DNA of 64,000 nt. It comes from a virus. Its lineage: Duplodnaviria > Caudoviricetes. Both the position numbers and the translations under genes were made by a program. This document shows positions 10,468-23,184 of the stretch, piece by piece. Positions within the stretch are counted from its first letter, which is position 1; every line of letters starts with the position of its first letter. The stretch spans positions 6,487 through 70,486 of the IMG/VR virus record IMGVR_UViG_3300014613_000027; one strand, given 5' to 3'. The notes beneath the pieces are model-generated. The model had not been told where the DNA came from. It was given only the letters and a program-made list of their open reading frames with translations, and ran no database searches.

Positions 10468-10488
10468 ATTTAACAGTGGAGGTATCTA

Positions 10489-11307
10489 ATGGGTACTAAA
10501 AATAAAAATTATACTCGGAACGCTCATCATCTATGGTCTGCACATAGCGATGAGGGCGGGAAAGTTAAGTTAGTGAGGAGCAAAATGGAACCCGAAAACT
10601 TTGAAGACCTAGAGGGTACTGAGAAAGAAGCCGCTAGAGAGGTCTCTAATGCATATTGGGGTTTATGGGGTGCTTCTTTAACAGATAATGAATTGCTGTC
10701 TAGTGATATACCTGCTGGTATTGTAGATAGGCTTAATATAGTTGCGGGTGAAATGTCTCGTAAGCAGGCATCTGCTCGTGTTTATAACTGGAATGAGCTT
10801 AGGACAGCATTCGGTAGTACTACTGTGGATGAAATACGAAAAAGTATATCTGATGGTATGAAGATTAGAATGATTTCTAAACATTTGGATGTACCTTTTA
10901 TTATAACTGCTGAACTTATAGATCATTTTGGAGATACTGATAAGCAAGAGCTTAAGGATATTGTTGATCTAATTAGAAATGGAAATAGTAAAAGAGCAGT
11001 TAAAGAATTTGGTAGTAAAGCTCAAAAGGTTAAGAAAATCTGTGATCATTATGTAAGGACTGGTTCTACTAAGTTGGCTGTTGATGAGAAGGCTAAAAGT
11101 TACTGGGAAAATTTTTATGGCCCATACGGGAAAGAGTTAACTAGGGAAATTAAAAGACGAGTAAGAGCTGACTTACTAGGTTCTTGGATGCATAAAAATG
11201 GAGTAGATGATAGTGCCAAAGATTATTGGAGTTCCTATTATTCTGAGGGTTATGGGGAAGAAATGGTTAAGGATTTAGCTAAAAAGTTGTCTCCAGTTAA
11301 AGGCTAG
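10489..11307 (+). CDS. Putative virion/head-associated protein with two YWxxY modules
   Basis: GGAGG RBS. DEKAKSYWENFYGPYGKEL and DDSAKDYWSSYYSEGYGEEM modules are shared with the 1438-aa protein. Confidence 0.5.
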   Translation: MGTKNKNYTRNAHHLWSAHSDEGGKVKLVRSKMEPENFEDLEGTEKEAAREVSNAYWGLWGASLTDNELLSSDIPAGIVDRLNIVAGEMSRKQASARVYNWNELRTAFGSTTVDEIRKSISDGMKIRMISKHLDVPFIITAELIDHFGDTDKQELKDIVDLIRNGNSKRAVKEFGSKAQKVKKICDHYVRTGSTKLAVDEKAKSYWENFYGPYGKELTREIKRRVRADLLGSWMHKNGVDDSAKDYWSSYYSEGYGEEMVKDLAKKLSPVKG

Positions 11308-11315
11308 TAAGAAGA

Positions 11316-12437
11316 ATGGTTTCTACCACTTTCATTTATGGATTGAAAGATCCTCTTACAGATGAAATTAGATATGTTGGCAAGTCAAATAAGCCTGTAT
11401 ACAGGTTAAGTGCTCATATTACTGATGCACTTAAAAATAAGGTTGAAGAGAATCTGCATAGAATCAATTGGATAAAGGGGCTCTTATTGGTGGGTGAAAA
11501 ACCTACCCTAGAGATATTAGAAGAGGTCTCTATAAATGAGTGGGAAGAAAGAGAATGTTACCATATTAGTAAATACTCCAATCTAACTAATGTGCTTCCT
11601 GGAGGTAGTAGTCCTCCTTCAAAGCTGGGTAAGCCTATGTCTCAGGAGTGTAAGGACAAAATAGGTCAAGCTCAAATTGGGAATTTTTTGGATAAGGATC
11701 ATAAAGATAAAATAAGAAAATCTTGTTCTGGTGAAGCTAACTCTATGTATGGTAAAAAACGTTCTTTATCTTCTAATGCTAAAAGTGCTAAAGCTCATTT
11801 TATTAAAGTAGCTGTGTATGATGCTGAAGGTGTTTTTATTAGAATTTGTGAAGGTAGAGGAGAAGCTGCTAAACTAGCTGGTTGTTCTGTTGCTTCGGTG
11901 TCTATTGTATTAGCAGGGAATGCTAATACAATAAAAGGCTTTATTTTCCGACGTTTTGAGGGAGGTAGCTCTCCGGCGAAAAAAATAAGTAAGCCTTTAG
12001 ATAAAAGATTTAAGGTTAATGTTAACAATAACAATCGATTAAGGAAACCCAAACTGATAGGGCAGTATGACCTTGATGGAAATTTGATTAAGGTGTGGCC
12101 TAGTCTTAATGCTGCCGCTAGGGGTATGAAAATAAATTCGGGCACTCTTTCTCAAGCTATTAATAATAAAGGTTCTTTAACTGTACATGGTTTTATTTGG
12201 AAGCACAATAAAGACGGAGAATTTCCAAAAAGTATAGAGCCTCAACTCAGAACTCCGAATGGTTATAGCGTTAAGAAAAAACCTGTAAAGCAATTTAGTT
12301 TGGCTGGTCAGTTTATCAAAGTGTGGGATAGTGTGGGAGAAGCTGCCGAATCTATAGAAGTCGGTGTACCTACAATGACAAATTGTTTACGCGGTAGGCA
12401 GAAAACTTCTGGTGGATTTTATTGGGAGTATGTTTAA
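11316..12437 (+). CDS. Free-standing GIY-YIG homing endonuclease with NUMOD-type DNA-binding repeats
   Basis: FIYGLKDP...RYVGKS...R catalytic domain; three V.QYDLDG..IKVW.S..AA-type repeats. Confidence 0.85.
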   Translation: MVSTTFIYGLKDPLTDEIRYVGKSNKPVYRLSAHITDALKNKVEENLHRINWIKGLLLVGEKPTLEILEEVSINEWEERECYHISKYSNLTNVLPGGSSPPSKLGKPMSQECKDKIGQAQIGNFLDKDHKDKIRKSCSGEANSMYGKKRSLSSNAKSAKAHFIKVAVYDAEGVFIRICEGRGEAAKLAGCSVASVSIVLAGNANTIKGFIFRRFEGGSSPAKKISKPLDKRFKVNVNNNNRLRKPKLIGQYDLDGNLIKVWPSLNAAARGMKINSGTLSQAINNKGSLTVHGFIWKHNKDGEFPKSIEPQLRTPNGYSVKKKPVKQFSLAGQFIKVWDSVGEAAESIEVGVPTMTNCLRGRQKTSGGFYWEYV

Positions 12438-12685
12438 TGAATTCAATTTCTCCATTTAGTTCTTTGACAGATATGGTAGATACTGGAGACCGAGATAACA
12501 AATTTGGGGAGTTCTTTAAGAGAATGAAGAGAAAAAATGAAGACTGTCCAGAAGATGATGGTTGCGGCGAAATGACAAGCCCTTGTTGCGATATTAAAGT
12601 TGAAATTATATTTGGGTCTTATCCCTTACAAGTTAGGTGTACAAAATGTGGAAGTAACTATTCACTTAGAGAGACTTTGCTTTAG
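12437..12685 (+). CDS. Small Cys-rich (Zn-binding) hypothetical protein
   Basis: SPCC...RCTKCG; ATG overlaps the endonuclease stop codon. Confidence 0.55.
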   Translation: MNSISPFSSLTDMVDTGDRDNKFGEFFKRMKRKNEDCPEDDGCGEMTSPCCDIKVEIIFGSYPLQVRCTKCGSNYSLRETLL

Positions 12686-12702
12686 ATTGCCCTAACTGGT
12701 TT

Positions 12703-13359
12703 GTGTTACAAAGGTTGAAGGATAGTTCAGAAAGGACATATAAAATGCTCAAAAATTTAGGTTATCGAGATTACGAAAATATAAGCGGTATTGATGGGTT
12801 AGGTATGGGTAGGCTGGCTCAAGCATACTCCAAAACTATAAATAAGAGGAAAGCTTCTGAAGTTAACCTAAATCAAGAAGTTGAAGTTAGTATTCCTCAT
12901 CTTGAGGCTTTGAAGAAGAAGTTAGCCCAGAAGATTGAGGCAGACTTTAATGATGAGAGTGGACATCTTCCTATAACATCTGTCTTTGATGCTTTACAGA
13001 TTATTAAGTCTAAGAAGGATGCCAGTAAGAATATTGGCCTCCGAGCTTTAGGTGCCCATCTTAATACTATGTGGAAAAAAGACAGAACTGCCAATCTGTC
13101 GGCCAATACCTTTCTGAATCTAAAAGATCATTATACTAGAAATTATCCTAAATCTGGTATGGACAGCGTATTTGATGAAATCTCTAATAAGGGGTATTTC
13201 ACATTGCCTTTGTCCGATTTGATGCATATCGCTTCCCAGATTAGAAACCAAAAAGACTTTAACTATATGATGGAGGAGCATGGGTTGAATGGTATGCATC
13301 CTCATCAAGTAAAAGCCAGAAATTTTATAATAGCCACGTTGAACGGTGAAGCTAACTAG
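12703..13359 (+). CDS. Hypothetical protein (probable head module)
   Basis: 218-aa ORF with GTG start; contains RLAQ and KRKAS motifs like its neighbours. Confidence 0.6.
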   Translation: MLQRLKDSSERTYKMLKNLGYRDYENISGIDGLGMGRLAQAYSKTINKRKASEVNLNQEVEVSIPHLEALKKKLAQKIEADFNDESGHLPITSVFDALQIIKSKKDASKNIGLRALGAHLNTMWKKDRTANLSANTFLNLKDHYTRNYPKSGMDSVFDEISNKGYFTLPLSDLMHIASQIRNQKDFNYMMEEHGLNGMHPHQVKARNFIIATLNGEAN

Positions 13360-13380
13360 CCTTCAATAAGGAGAATAAGG

Positions 13381-16300
13381 ATGCTGAATCATCATAGGGA
13401 AATTAAAACTGCGATTCTCGAAGGCGATACTATTGAAGCCGAGGGTTGGACGATACATATCAATGCCAAGGATGAAGTAGAGGTATGGCCACCCAAAGGT
13501 GCTGGCTTCGCAGCAGGTCTAGCGAATCTTGATAAGGCTGTTACGGACTTCTGTAAGAAGGCTGATATACCTATTCCTGGTGTGAATGAAACTCAGCCAG
13601 ATGCAGTAAAGTTACCGAAGGATATGTTAGATCCTGATTCCGAGACTGAGGATCTGATTAAAGAACCCAAGGTTAATCCTCAACCTGTGCCAAGCGGTAG
13701 TTCCTCGGATACTAATTTGACTAAGGACACCGAGCAGAATAATCCTAGTGGCTCAGATCCTGCAATTGATAAGCGCCCTAAACCTAGAGATTTCGGAATG
13801 GGTGATCCTAATCTAGATCCTGATACATCCACTAGGTTGATGAAGGGTAAACGAAAGAGGGTAAGAAGGGCTCAGGAAACAGATATTTGGGAACAAATAG
13901 ATAGGTTAAATAGTATTATTAAAGTTGAAAGTGAAACTGCTGTACTGGATGCAATTAAAAAATACCTAGATGCTGGTACAGTTATACTTGATTCAGATGG
14001 GGGTGTTTTTTATCAATCTGAAGAGGTTTCTGAATATCTTGTTAGTGATGATGACTGGGAAGAGTTGAAAGGCTGGGAGTTTGAGGAGGTTCTTGAGTGT
14101 CTTGCTGAAGATTTTGGGATGGGTGATCCTAATCGATACCCCGAGGTTCATAAAAAACATAGGTCTTTGAAGGGTAAACGAAAGAGGGTAAGAAGGGCTC
14201 AAGAGAAAAGCAGAGATGACTATCCTTATCTTGCAGCTTGGTTACACGATAAATCTGATATGAAGGTTCCTTGGAACAGAGAGGAATACTCAGAATTTCC
14301 AGAAGATCATGTACTGAAAGGATACCTTTTCGGTTTTGTCGAGAACAGTACTTTTGGTGCAGGGGAACAAATGATAGACGATCCTACAGTAGGGGATCTT
14401 CCTCTCTTGGACGAGGTATTTCCAGAGACTAATAGCGATGATGATGAATATGATGATGAATATGATGAGAGGGAAGCTCGAAGATTTTCAAAAAGACTAT
14501 CTCAAAAACGTAGAACTCCAAAGAGATCCTTCAAAAAATCTAAGATTGTTGACACCTTCTCAAACCGAGAAGCTACTCCCGCTATTTATAGAGAGCTGAA
14601 AGCCAAACGTCCAAGCGAAGCACTGCTAGACGGCATTATGGACCCTGAAGGTTGGGCTGCACAGCGTCTTTTCAAAGGTGCTGGAGACATAGATTATGAT
14701 CCCAAAATAAATGAGCAGCAATCTGATGGTTTTAATGTTGAGGATGGTGAAGATGTTGCTGGAACTTATGATCGTAAAAAAGAGCTGGATGAAAAAGCTC
14801 TTCCAGAATATAAAAATTCTAGACGAAGGGCTGGAGGCAAAAAAAGTGAAAAACGTACTTACGGTGTATGGGATGAGGTAAAATCTATTGGTTCGGAAAT
14901 AAAGAATGATCTTTTAAATCTTGGTGGTCTTTTTGGTATTGGCCCAGGTGGTTTGAGCGGGGCTACTCAGGACATGTATGATGTTCTAGAAACAAATCAA
15001 TCTTATTTAGTTGATTTATATAATAGTATGGGGGGAGATTATAATTCTTTTGCTTCAGAATTATATAATCAATTTGGTGGGGTGGATGACCCTGATATTG
15101 ATTGGGATGCTATTTCAACTGAAATTTATAATCAACTTGATGCCGCCTCTGCAGAGGAGACGGGAAATAATGTTATAAATGCTTCTAAAAGGCAAAGACG
15201 CTCTCTTCGAGACCAGGAACTTGGCGAAGACATCTATGATGTAAACGTTCAAGAAGAGCCTGGTAAGAACTTGAATGTAGGTGAAGATCCTTCCAGTCCT
15301 GAAAACTTCGTAGAGCACAAAGAGAAGATGAAAGCTCGCCGTATCCGAAGAGCACAGGAAATGCCGGATGAGCTTTATGATGCTATGGGTGATGATCCTG
15401 CTCCTGATGATCCTGCTGCTTCTGAGTTAGCAGAATTGGCCGCTTCTTTGAGTGGCGGTTATAATTCTTCCGAGTGGCCTTCAAAAAAAGATCTTCAAAA
15501 TGCTATTTCTATTATAGAGAGAGTGGAAGCTCCTTGGGCTCCTGATTTGCTGGCTCATGCGAATGACATTCTTTCTACTGCAAGCGCACCTTTTGGGGGA
15601 GTGTCTAAGGGTGAAATACATGCTTTCTTTTCAAGGGTAGATCAAGCTCTTCATTATGATGACTATTTGAATGAAGATGAAGAAGCTTTACCGAGCTATG
15701 CAGGGTCTCGCCGAAGAGCTGGCCCAAAACTCCGTGAAAAATGGCTACAAGATGGCGGTTATTCTCGCGATATAGAGGCCGAATCTCCCGAGGAGCTTCA
15801 TAATCTAACAAGAGCTTTTGGTGGTGATGAAGTTGATTGGGCATCTATGGCACCTAAGCTTCCAGAAGAGCAAGAGGCTGAAGAGCGTGTGGAAGCTAGA
15901 AGTAAGCGGGTTAGAAGAGGTCAAGAAGAAATGCCTAGGGCTACACCTAATGATGAAGCTGTAGATGATAAGATTGTAGAAGGTATGGAGCGTGCTGTTT
16001 TTGTAGAGAGCTGGGCAAGTGATTGGGAACGTTTACACGAGGACTATGAAGAAGAACAACTCATAGAAGCTTGTGAGGCAGTTGGTGTTGAGTATGAGGA
16101 TATGAGTTGGTCTGGTATGAACCTGATGGATTTGGCACCTTCAAGTGAACCTGCAGCATATGAAAAAGCAAAAGACTTATACACTCAGATTGAGCAAAAG
16201 AATGGTATAAAGTTGATTGACTATATACCTCCTGAGGAAACTGAAGATTATGATAGGTCAGATTTTGGGCATTATTTGATGATGGAAGCTTTGGGTCACG

Positions 16301-17697
16301 GAGTTTCGTGGGCAGATAGCCATGAAGATCATGGGCTTGAGCTTCCTTATACAGATAATATTGAGACTGATGATGCAACCAAAGTTATGAACTATCTTTA
16401 TGATGAGTACGGAGATCCTGAAAGCAGGCAAGGTTCTAGAAAAGCCCAAGATGATCCCGACAAAGAAGCTGTAGATGATAAGGCCAAGGATTATTGGTCT
16501 GACTACATGGGCGATTATGGGAAGAGTTTGACTAAGGGCGATGTAACCAAGAAAAAGAAAAAAGACGATAAGAAGGATAAGGAAGCTCGAAGAAGGTCTC
16601 AAGAAATAGTTCAAGGAAATCTTCTTACTCTTGAAGAGAAGGGTGATAAATTAATCATAACTCCTACACCTGAAGGTATTGAGGAAGCAAAGGACTCAGA
16701 CGATTACGCAGATATTTTTAATTTCTTCGAGGATATTATAGCAAATAGCAGTATGGACTGGGTGAGACCTGAAGAAGTGGGTGCTCTTACAGATGGCCTT
16801 CTACTTGCTACAGATCTAGAGCGGGATGATCACGGTGATTTGGTATGGGTAGGCAACATTTACTGGGAGTCTAACTATGCTGTTGAAGACGCAGTAGCAG
16901 AGTGGGCTCAGGGTAATTCTGTAACTTGGGAAATTGTGCGTGAAGATAAGCAAGGTTCTAGAAGGGCTCAAGCTGTAGAAGAACAAGCTCCTGCTGCACC
17001 TGCGGCTCCAGCAGCCCCCGCTCCAGCTCCTGCTGCACCAGCAACCCCTAAAGCGCCAGCAGCACCTCAGAAGCCTGCTCCAGGAGCGCCCGCAGCTCCA
17101 AAGGCTCCTACACCAGCAGCGCCAGGTACAGGAGATTCTGGTCTTCTGGCTTTGGGTTGGACTCAAGAGGATGTTCAGGGAATGTCTCCAGAGGATAAGC
17201 AAAAGGTTCTCCAAATTAAATTAAATAAACCTGGAACTCAAGCTCTACAACCTGCTGCTCCTAAAGCTCCTAAAGCTCCTACAGCGCCAGCACCAGGAGG
17301 TCCTGCTGCACCTGCTCCAGCTCCGAAGACTCCACAACCTACTCCTACTATGCCTGATCAGCAAAAGCAGCCTCCTGCGGCTCCTGTAGCTTCGAGGAGA
17401 AGGTCTTACAAAAGATCTCAAATGGAAGCTCCAGTTGAACAAGCTCCTGTTGTTCCTGCAGCTCCTGTTGCTCCTGCAGCTCCTGCATCAGATGAAGAAA
17501 AAGCATTTAGTATATTGAAAGAAGTGCAGCAAATGGTGGTGGAGGCTTCTTCTCCAGAACAAATTGCTCCAATGAAAGCATCCATTCTTTCTGAACGATT
17601 GTTAAAAGAAGTTGGTATGACTATGGCAGATGCCAAGAAGATTTATGGTACTGAGGGAAATAACTTAATGAAACTTTTAGCTAGGAGAGGAAAATAG
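13381..17697 (+). CDS. Large acidic modular protein (1438 aa), putative internal head/scaffold polyprotein
   Basis: AGGAG RBS. Acidic modules are separated by about ten basic RRAQ-like motifs, with Pro/Ala-rich stretches near the C-terminus. Confidence 0.55.
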   Translation: MLNHHREIKTAILEGDTIEAEGWTIHINAKDEVEVWPPKGAGFAAGLANLDKAVTDFCKKADIPIPGVNETQPDAVKLPKDMLDPDSETEDLIKEPKVNPQPVPSGSSSDTNLTKDTEQNNPSGSDPAIDKRPKPRDFGMGDPNLDPDTSTRLMKGKRKRVRRAQETDIWEQIDRLNSIIKVESETAVLDAIKKYLDAGTVILDSDGGVFYQSEEVSEYLVSDDDWEELKGWEFEEVLECLAEDFGMGDPNRYPEVHKKHRSLKGKRKRVRRAQEKSRDDYPYLAAWLHDKSDMKVPWNREEYSEFPEDHVLKGYLFGFVENSTFGAGEQMIDDPTVGDLPLLDEVFPETNSDDDEYDDEYDEREARRFSKRLSQKRRTPKRSFKKSKIVDTFSNREATPAIYRELKAKRPSEALLDGIMDPEGWAAQRLFKGAGDIDYDPKINEQQSDGFNVEDGEDVAGTYDRKKELDEKALPEYKNSRRRAGGKKSEKRTYGVWDEVKSIGSEIKNDLLNLGGLFGIGPGGLSGATQDMYDVLETNQSYLVDLYNSMGGDYNSFASELYNQFGGVDDPDIDWDAISTEIYNQLDAASAEETGNNVINASKRQRRSLRDQELGEDIYDVNVQEEPGKNLNVGEDPSSPENFVEHKEKMKARRIRRAQEMPDELYDAMGDDPAPDDPAASELAELAASLSGGYNSSEWPSKKDLQNAISIIERVEAPWAPDLLAHANDILSTASAPFGGVSKGEIHAFFSRVDQALHYDDYLNEDEEALPSYAGSRRRAGPKLREKWLQDGGYSRDIEAESPEELHNLTRAFGGDEVDWASMAPKLPEEQEAEERVEARSKRVRRGQEEMPRATPNDEAVDDKIVEGMERAVFVESWASDWERLHEDYEEEQLIEACEAVGVEYEDMSWSGMNLMDLAPSSEPAAYEKAKDLYTQIEQKNGIKLIDYIPPEETEDYDRSDFGHYLMMEALGHGVSWADSHEDHGLELPYTDNIETDDATKVMNYLYDEYGDPESRQGSRKAQDDPDKEAVDDKAKDYWSDYMGDYGKSLTKGDVTKKKKKDDKKDKEARRRSQEIVQGNLLTLEEKGDKLIITPTPEGIEEAKDSDDYADIFNFFEDIIANSSMDWVRPEEVGALTDGLLLATDLERDDHGDLVWVGNIYWESNYAVEDAVAEWAQGNSVTWEIVREDKQGSRRAQAVEEQAPAAPAAPAAPAPAPAAPATPKAPAAPQKPAPGAPAAPKAPTPAAPGTGDSGLLALGWTQEDVQGMSPEDKQKVLQIKLNKPGTQALQPAAPKAPKAPTAPAPGGPAAPAPAPKTPQPTPTMPDQQKQPPAAPVASRRRSYKRSQMEAPVEQAPVVPAAPVAPAAPASDEEKAFSILKEVQQMVVEASSPEQIAPMKASILSERLLKEVGMTMADAKKIYGTEGNNLMKLLARRGK

Positions 17698-17699
17698 CA

Positions 17700-18140
17700 A
17701 TGACAGAAAAATACGAAGTGATGAATGCTACTCGTGGAGCTGTTTCATTCCGAGTACACCCAGATCAAAGTGTTGAAGATTTGAATGCAATGGCAGGGCA
17801 TCATCGGCGTAAGGCTATAAGGTCTGCTGCTGTAAATGTAACTATTCCGCATGGGATAGCTTATGATCTGGTTGAGAAGACTGGGCTCACGATTAAGGAG
17901 CTTAAGAACAGTCCTGAGCTTCATAAGTTATTGAAGGGTGGCAGTTTATCCTTGTTGAAGAGTGTTGAAATAATCGTAGAAGATCCTCCTGTAGTAGAGG
18001 AATCTGTAGTAGAGGAACCACCTCTTCCTCCAGTGGTTGATGAGTCTCCCCCACTACCTTCAATGGTAGTAGAGATTCCTGTAGTAGATGAGCCTGAACC
18101 TGAAAAGAAAAAGATATCTAAAAAGAAAACAAAGAGGTAG
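17700..18140 (+). CDS. Hypothetical protein with Pro/Glu-rich, Lys-ended tail
   Basis: 146-aa ORF coupled to the upstream gene. Confidence 0.7.
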   Translation: MTEKYEVMNATRGAVSFRVHPDQSVEDLNAMAGHHRRKAIRSAAVNVTIPHGIAYDLVEKTGLTIKELKNSPELHKLLKGGSLSLLKSVEIIVEDPPVVEESVVEEPPLPPVVDESPPLPSMVVEIPVVDEPEPEKKKISKKKTKR

Positions 18141-18151
18141 GGTTATTAATC

Positions 18152-18712
18152 ATGCTCGTAAAGTCTCATTCTAACGAATTCATGGACGAAATAGGTCTTA
18201 TTTCGAGAGATGAGAAGCGTGTGCATTTTATGGGTGGCGATGTAGTAAATAACACTCAACGGTTGAAGTTATCTTCTGTTATTAGAGTTAGTGCTCGCTG
18301 GATGTATAAAGATATTAAAATCAAATGTAAGATAGCGGATACTATTTCCAAGAAGAGGATCGGACTTCAGGGTTGTAGTAGTTTGGAACAAGATGAAGGA
18401 ATGTATTTTCCTTATACAGATTATACAGATGTAACATTTCATCAAGGGATGGTGCCTTATAGTCTGGATATTATATTTTTGAGAGATTTCCGTGTTGTAG
18501 GGATAAAGGAATTAACAAAAGTAGGATCTTCTGAAAAATGGAAATGCAGTAATTGTGATGGAGTTATCGAGGTAAACGGTGGTTTCTGTAAGCAGAATGA
18601 TGCTTGCCGAGATGATGAAGTTCTAATCAATGGTGTTTCGGAGCTGGATGTTAGAGAATTGGAACAACAGCGAGAATACGATTGTCTACTGCAGGCTGCA
18701 CAAGGAGTTTGA
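18152..18712 (+). CDS. DUF192-family protein
   Basis: RIGLQG..SL...EGMYF...VTFH...YSLDIIF...VIEVNGGF matches the DUF192 pattern. Confidence 0.7.
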   Translation: MLVKSHSNEFMDEIGLISRDEKRVHFMGGDVVNNTQRLKLSSVIRVSARWMYKDIKIKCKIADTISKKRIGLQGCSSLEQDEGMYFPYTDYTDVTFHQGMVPYSLDIIFLRDFRVVGIKELTKVGSSEKWKCSNCDGVIEVNGGFCKQNDACRDDEVLINGVSELDVRELEQQREYDCLLQAAQGV

Positions 18713-18714
18713 TA

Positions 18715-19089
18715 ATGTCTGAAGAAGCTCTTTACAAATATCGATTGTTCACTGGGACAGGGAATGTGTTTAATGTATTTTGTAAGCTAGATACAAAAGA
18801 GAAACTGTGGAAGGCTCTAACCAGTACCAAAAAAGATGAGCCTATTGAAGAAGAGCTTTATCATATGGACAAGATCGAGAATGCGCGAGTTGGTATAATT
18901 ATTCGACCTTCAGTGATAGTCGCTATTGATACACCATTTGGAACTGAGCCTGTTGTACCTGTAAAAGAAGAAGATAAACAAAGGATAACATCTCGTGCTA
19001 TTCCTAATAGGGTAGTTATAGATAGCCGACCTAATCCCGAGAAGAGTAGGTCGAAAAACCTTCTTTCTAAGCGTAAAATTAAGAGGTGA
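18715..19089 (+). CDS. Hypothetical protein
   Basis: Start moved to ATG 18715, just after the DUF192 stop codon. Confidence 0.65.
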   Translation: MSEEALYKYRLFTGTGNVFNVFCKLDTKEKLWKALTSTKKDEPIEEELYHMDKIENARVGIIIRPSVIVAIDTPFGTEPVVPVKEEDKQRITSRAIPNRVVIDSRPNPEKSRSKNLLSKRKIKR

Positions 19090-19092
19090 GTT

Positions 19093-21170
<2,078 letters not shown>

Positions 21171-21171
<1 letters not shown>

Positions 21172-22550
21172 TGGACGGTGAAACTCACATCCTTATCAAA
21201 GGATTTGATGCTATTGTCTATGTCTCCGAAGAGGAGGGTGACAACTTCGAAGTAATTCTTGCGGAGGGTGGTAACGAGGTTTTTCAAATTACGATACCTA
21301 TTCCTGTGGATGAAGACAGTGATGCGGCATACTCGGAAGATCTTATCCAATATGCCGCCGAAGCAGCGGTTGATCTATATGAGGCAGCTAGAGGAACGCT
21401 TGGAGAGGGGGCTGGAGTAACTATGAAACAATCTAAACGGAAACGAGCTTATATAACTTCTCAGTGGGAAGACTGGTACATGCAGCTAAAAGGTACGCCC
21501 TTTGAGGAGCAAGCTACTCAATTGTTAGAGCAGTACATCGAGCTTGAGTATCCTGATACTGGAGTTGAGGATGAGTTTAACAGTCTTTATGAGCAACAAA
21601 GAGCTATAGAGAAGGACTTAGATCTACTCAATCTACAGCGATTGAAGTCTGCAAACCCCAAGCAAACTGTAATTATAATCAATGCTTCTAGGAAGAAGGC
21701 TTCTTTCTACAGGGCCTCGGATATTCAAACATATCTTGAGAAATTCAAGAATTGCGGTGCTCTAGAGATTCAAGCTATTGCAGGTATCCAGGAACTCTTG
21801 ATTATTAAGACGAAGATCAAAAATTTAGAAGGCTCTCTTGATGATACTTGGGAGCAGCAGCGTGATTTAGAGTCTGCAATGGAAGAGCTGCTTCTCCAGC
21901 ATATCCAGCAGGGAGCTATAGAGGCACTTCCAGATACTGGCATGGATGCCGCTCCTGCTATGGCTGCTGATATAGCAGAATTGATGCAGACGGTGGATTT
22001 GGATACTCCTGTAGAGCCGATGATCGCTAGGAGAAGGGCTCAAGAAGAATCGAAATTCTATCAAAACATGATAGATGCGCTTGACTACGGATCTAACTAT
22101 GAAGCATCTGGCAGGCATCATACAAAAGAAGATGTTGATGAATGGATAGAAGAGAATGGCCGAGAAACTGCTAAAGACCTTTTAGACTGGTATAAAAATG
22201 AGACATTCGATCAAGATGTATTTGGGGGTACCCAGCATGAGGCTAGTAAATTAAAAGTTGCTAAGAGAAAAGCTTTTGAAGAAGTAGAAGAGTATCTGAC
22301 TGAGCTTGGCGAGCAACACGAAGGTTTAGATCCTGCTGAGGTCTCCTTGGATGACCAAAAATTCGAAATAGGTGATAAGGTAACCTTTAGCAAGAAGTTT
22401 GAAGATATTGGTCATGCTGGAGTTATGGACGAGATCTCAAGTGGGACTTCTGCAATAGTAGAATCGCTATGGGATGGTCAAGGAGACTGTTTTCTAGTCG
22501 CTCTCGAATCTGGAAGAGTCGTTAAAGCTCCTGTCTCAGTACTGAAATAA
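21171..22550 (+). CDS. Acidic modular protein with RRRAQ motif (probable head protein)
   Basis: KRKRAY, RKKASF, RRRAQE and KRKAFE motifs; TAGTG overlap. Confidence 0.55.
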
Positions 22551-22552
22551 TC

Positions 22553-22753
22553 TTGAAATTTCTAATCCTCAGTATATTTATTTTACTTTCCTCCTGTGCT
22601 CCAGATGCTCTAACTGCTGTGATCAATAGGAAATATCCTAATTGTAGTATTATAAAAATTGAAGAAGATCAGTGGTCCGATAACCATCTGGTTACTTTGC
22701 AGTGTCCTCCAGCTTTGATTAAAGTTATTAAAATTAAGATTAAAAAGAAGTAG
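22553..22753 (+). CDS. Small lipoprotein
   Basis: MKFLILSIFILLSS-C signal peptide with lipobox. Confidence 0.6.
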   Translation: MKFLILSIFILLSSCAPDALTAVINRKYPNCSIIKIEEDQWSDNHLVTLQCPPALIKVIKIKIKKK

Positions 22754-22789
22754 TTTCTCTCCTCCCAGTAATTTCATTAAAGAAGCAGT

Positions 22790-22840
22790 TTTTTTACCTC
22801 GATATATTGACAGGCTCTAAAGGCTGTGTTACATATTTGG
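22790..22840 (+). promoter_or_regulatory. Sigma70-type early promoter, copy 1
   Basis: TTGACA 22807-22812, 17-nt spacer, TACATA 22830-22835; context shared with four other copies. Confidence 0.8.
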
Positions 22841-22944
22841 GTAAGGGTTGGTTGATTGAAAAAGGAGAAAGCAATGCTTTGTATACTGACAGCACTTATG
22901 ATTATTCTTTTGGCTGTTGATTACTATAACTAGGGAGGATCTGA

Positions 22945-23184
22945 ATGTCTCAAAGAAAAATAAAACCGAAGTCCAAGAGTCTTAAGAACATAACTAAGAA
23001 TTCCATCTCCGAATTGGAGGGGTTCAAGGATGCTTTTCAAAAGCTCCTGGGAGAGAACAAGCTCCTGAATGGTGAGGCATCTGATGTGCTCGAAGAGATA
23101 CTTGGGAAGATAAAGAGGTTGGAGGAGAGGGTTGGTAAATTAGAAGAATTGAAGGGAGATGAAAAATGTCGGAGAAATCTGTAG
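22945..23184 (+). CDS. Hypothetical coiled-coil protein
   Basis: GGAGG RBS, 79 aa. Confidence 0.65.
   Translation: MSQRKIKPKSKSLKNITKNSISELEGFKDAFQKLLGENKLLNGEASDVLEEILGKIKRLEERVGKLEELKGDEKCRRNL

Noticed and set aside
1838-13381. Amber (TAG) recoding or readthrough, suggested by in-frame TAG junctions at 1838-1844, 7101-7104 and 13357-13381
   Set aside because: RecA starts normally, 13381 has its own AGGAG RBS, other TAG stops are out of frame with or overlap the next start (17697, 21171), and long genes are not fragmented. The standard code fits.
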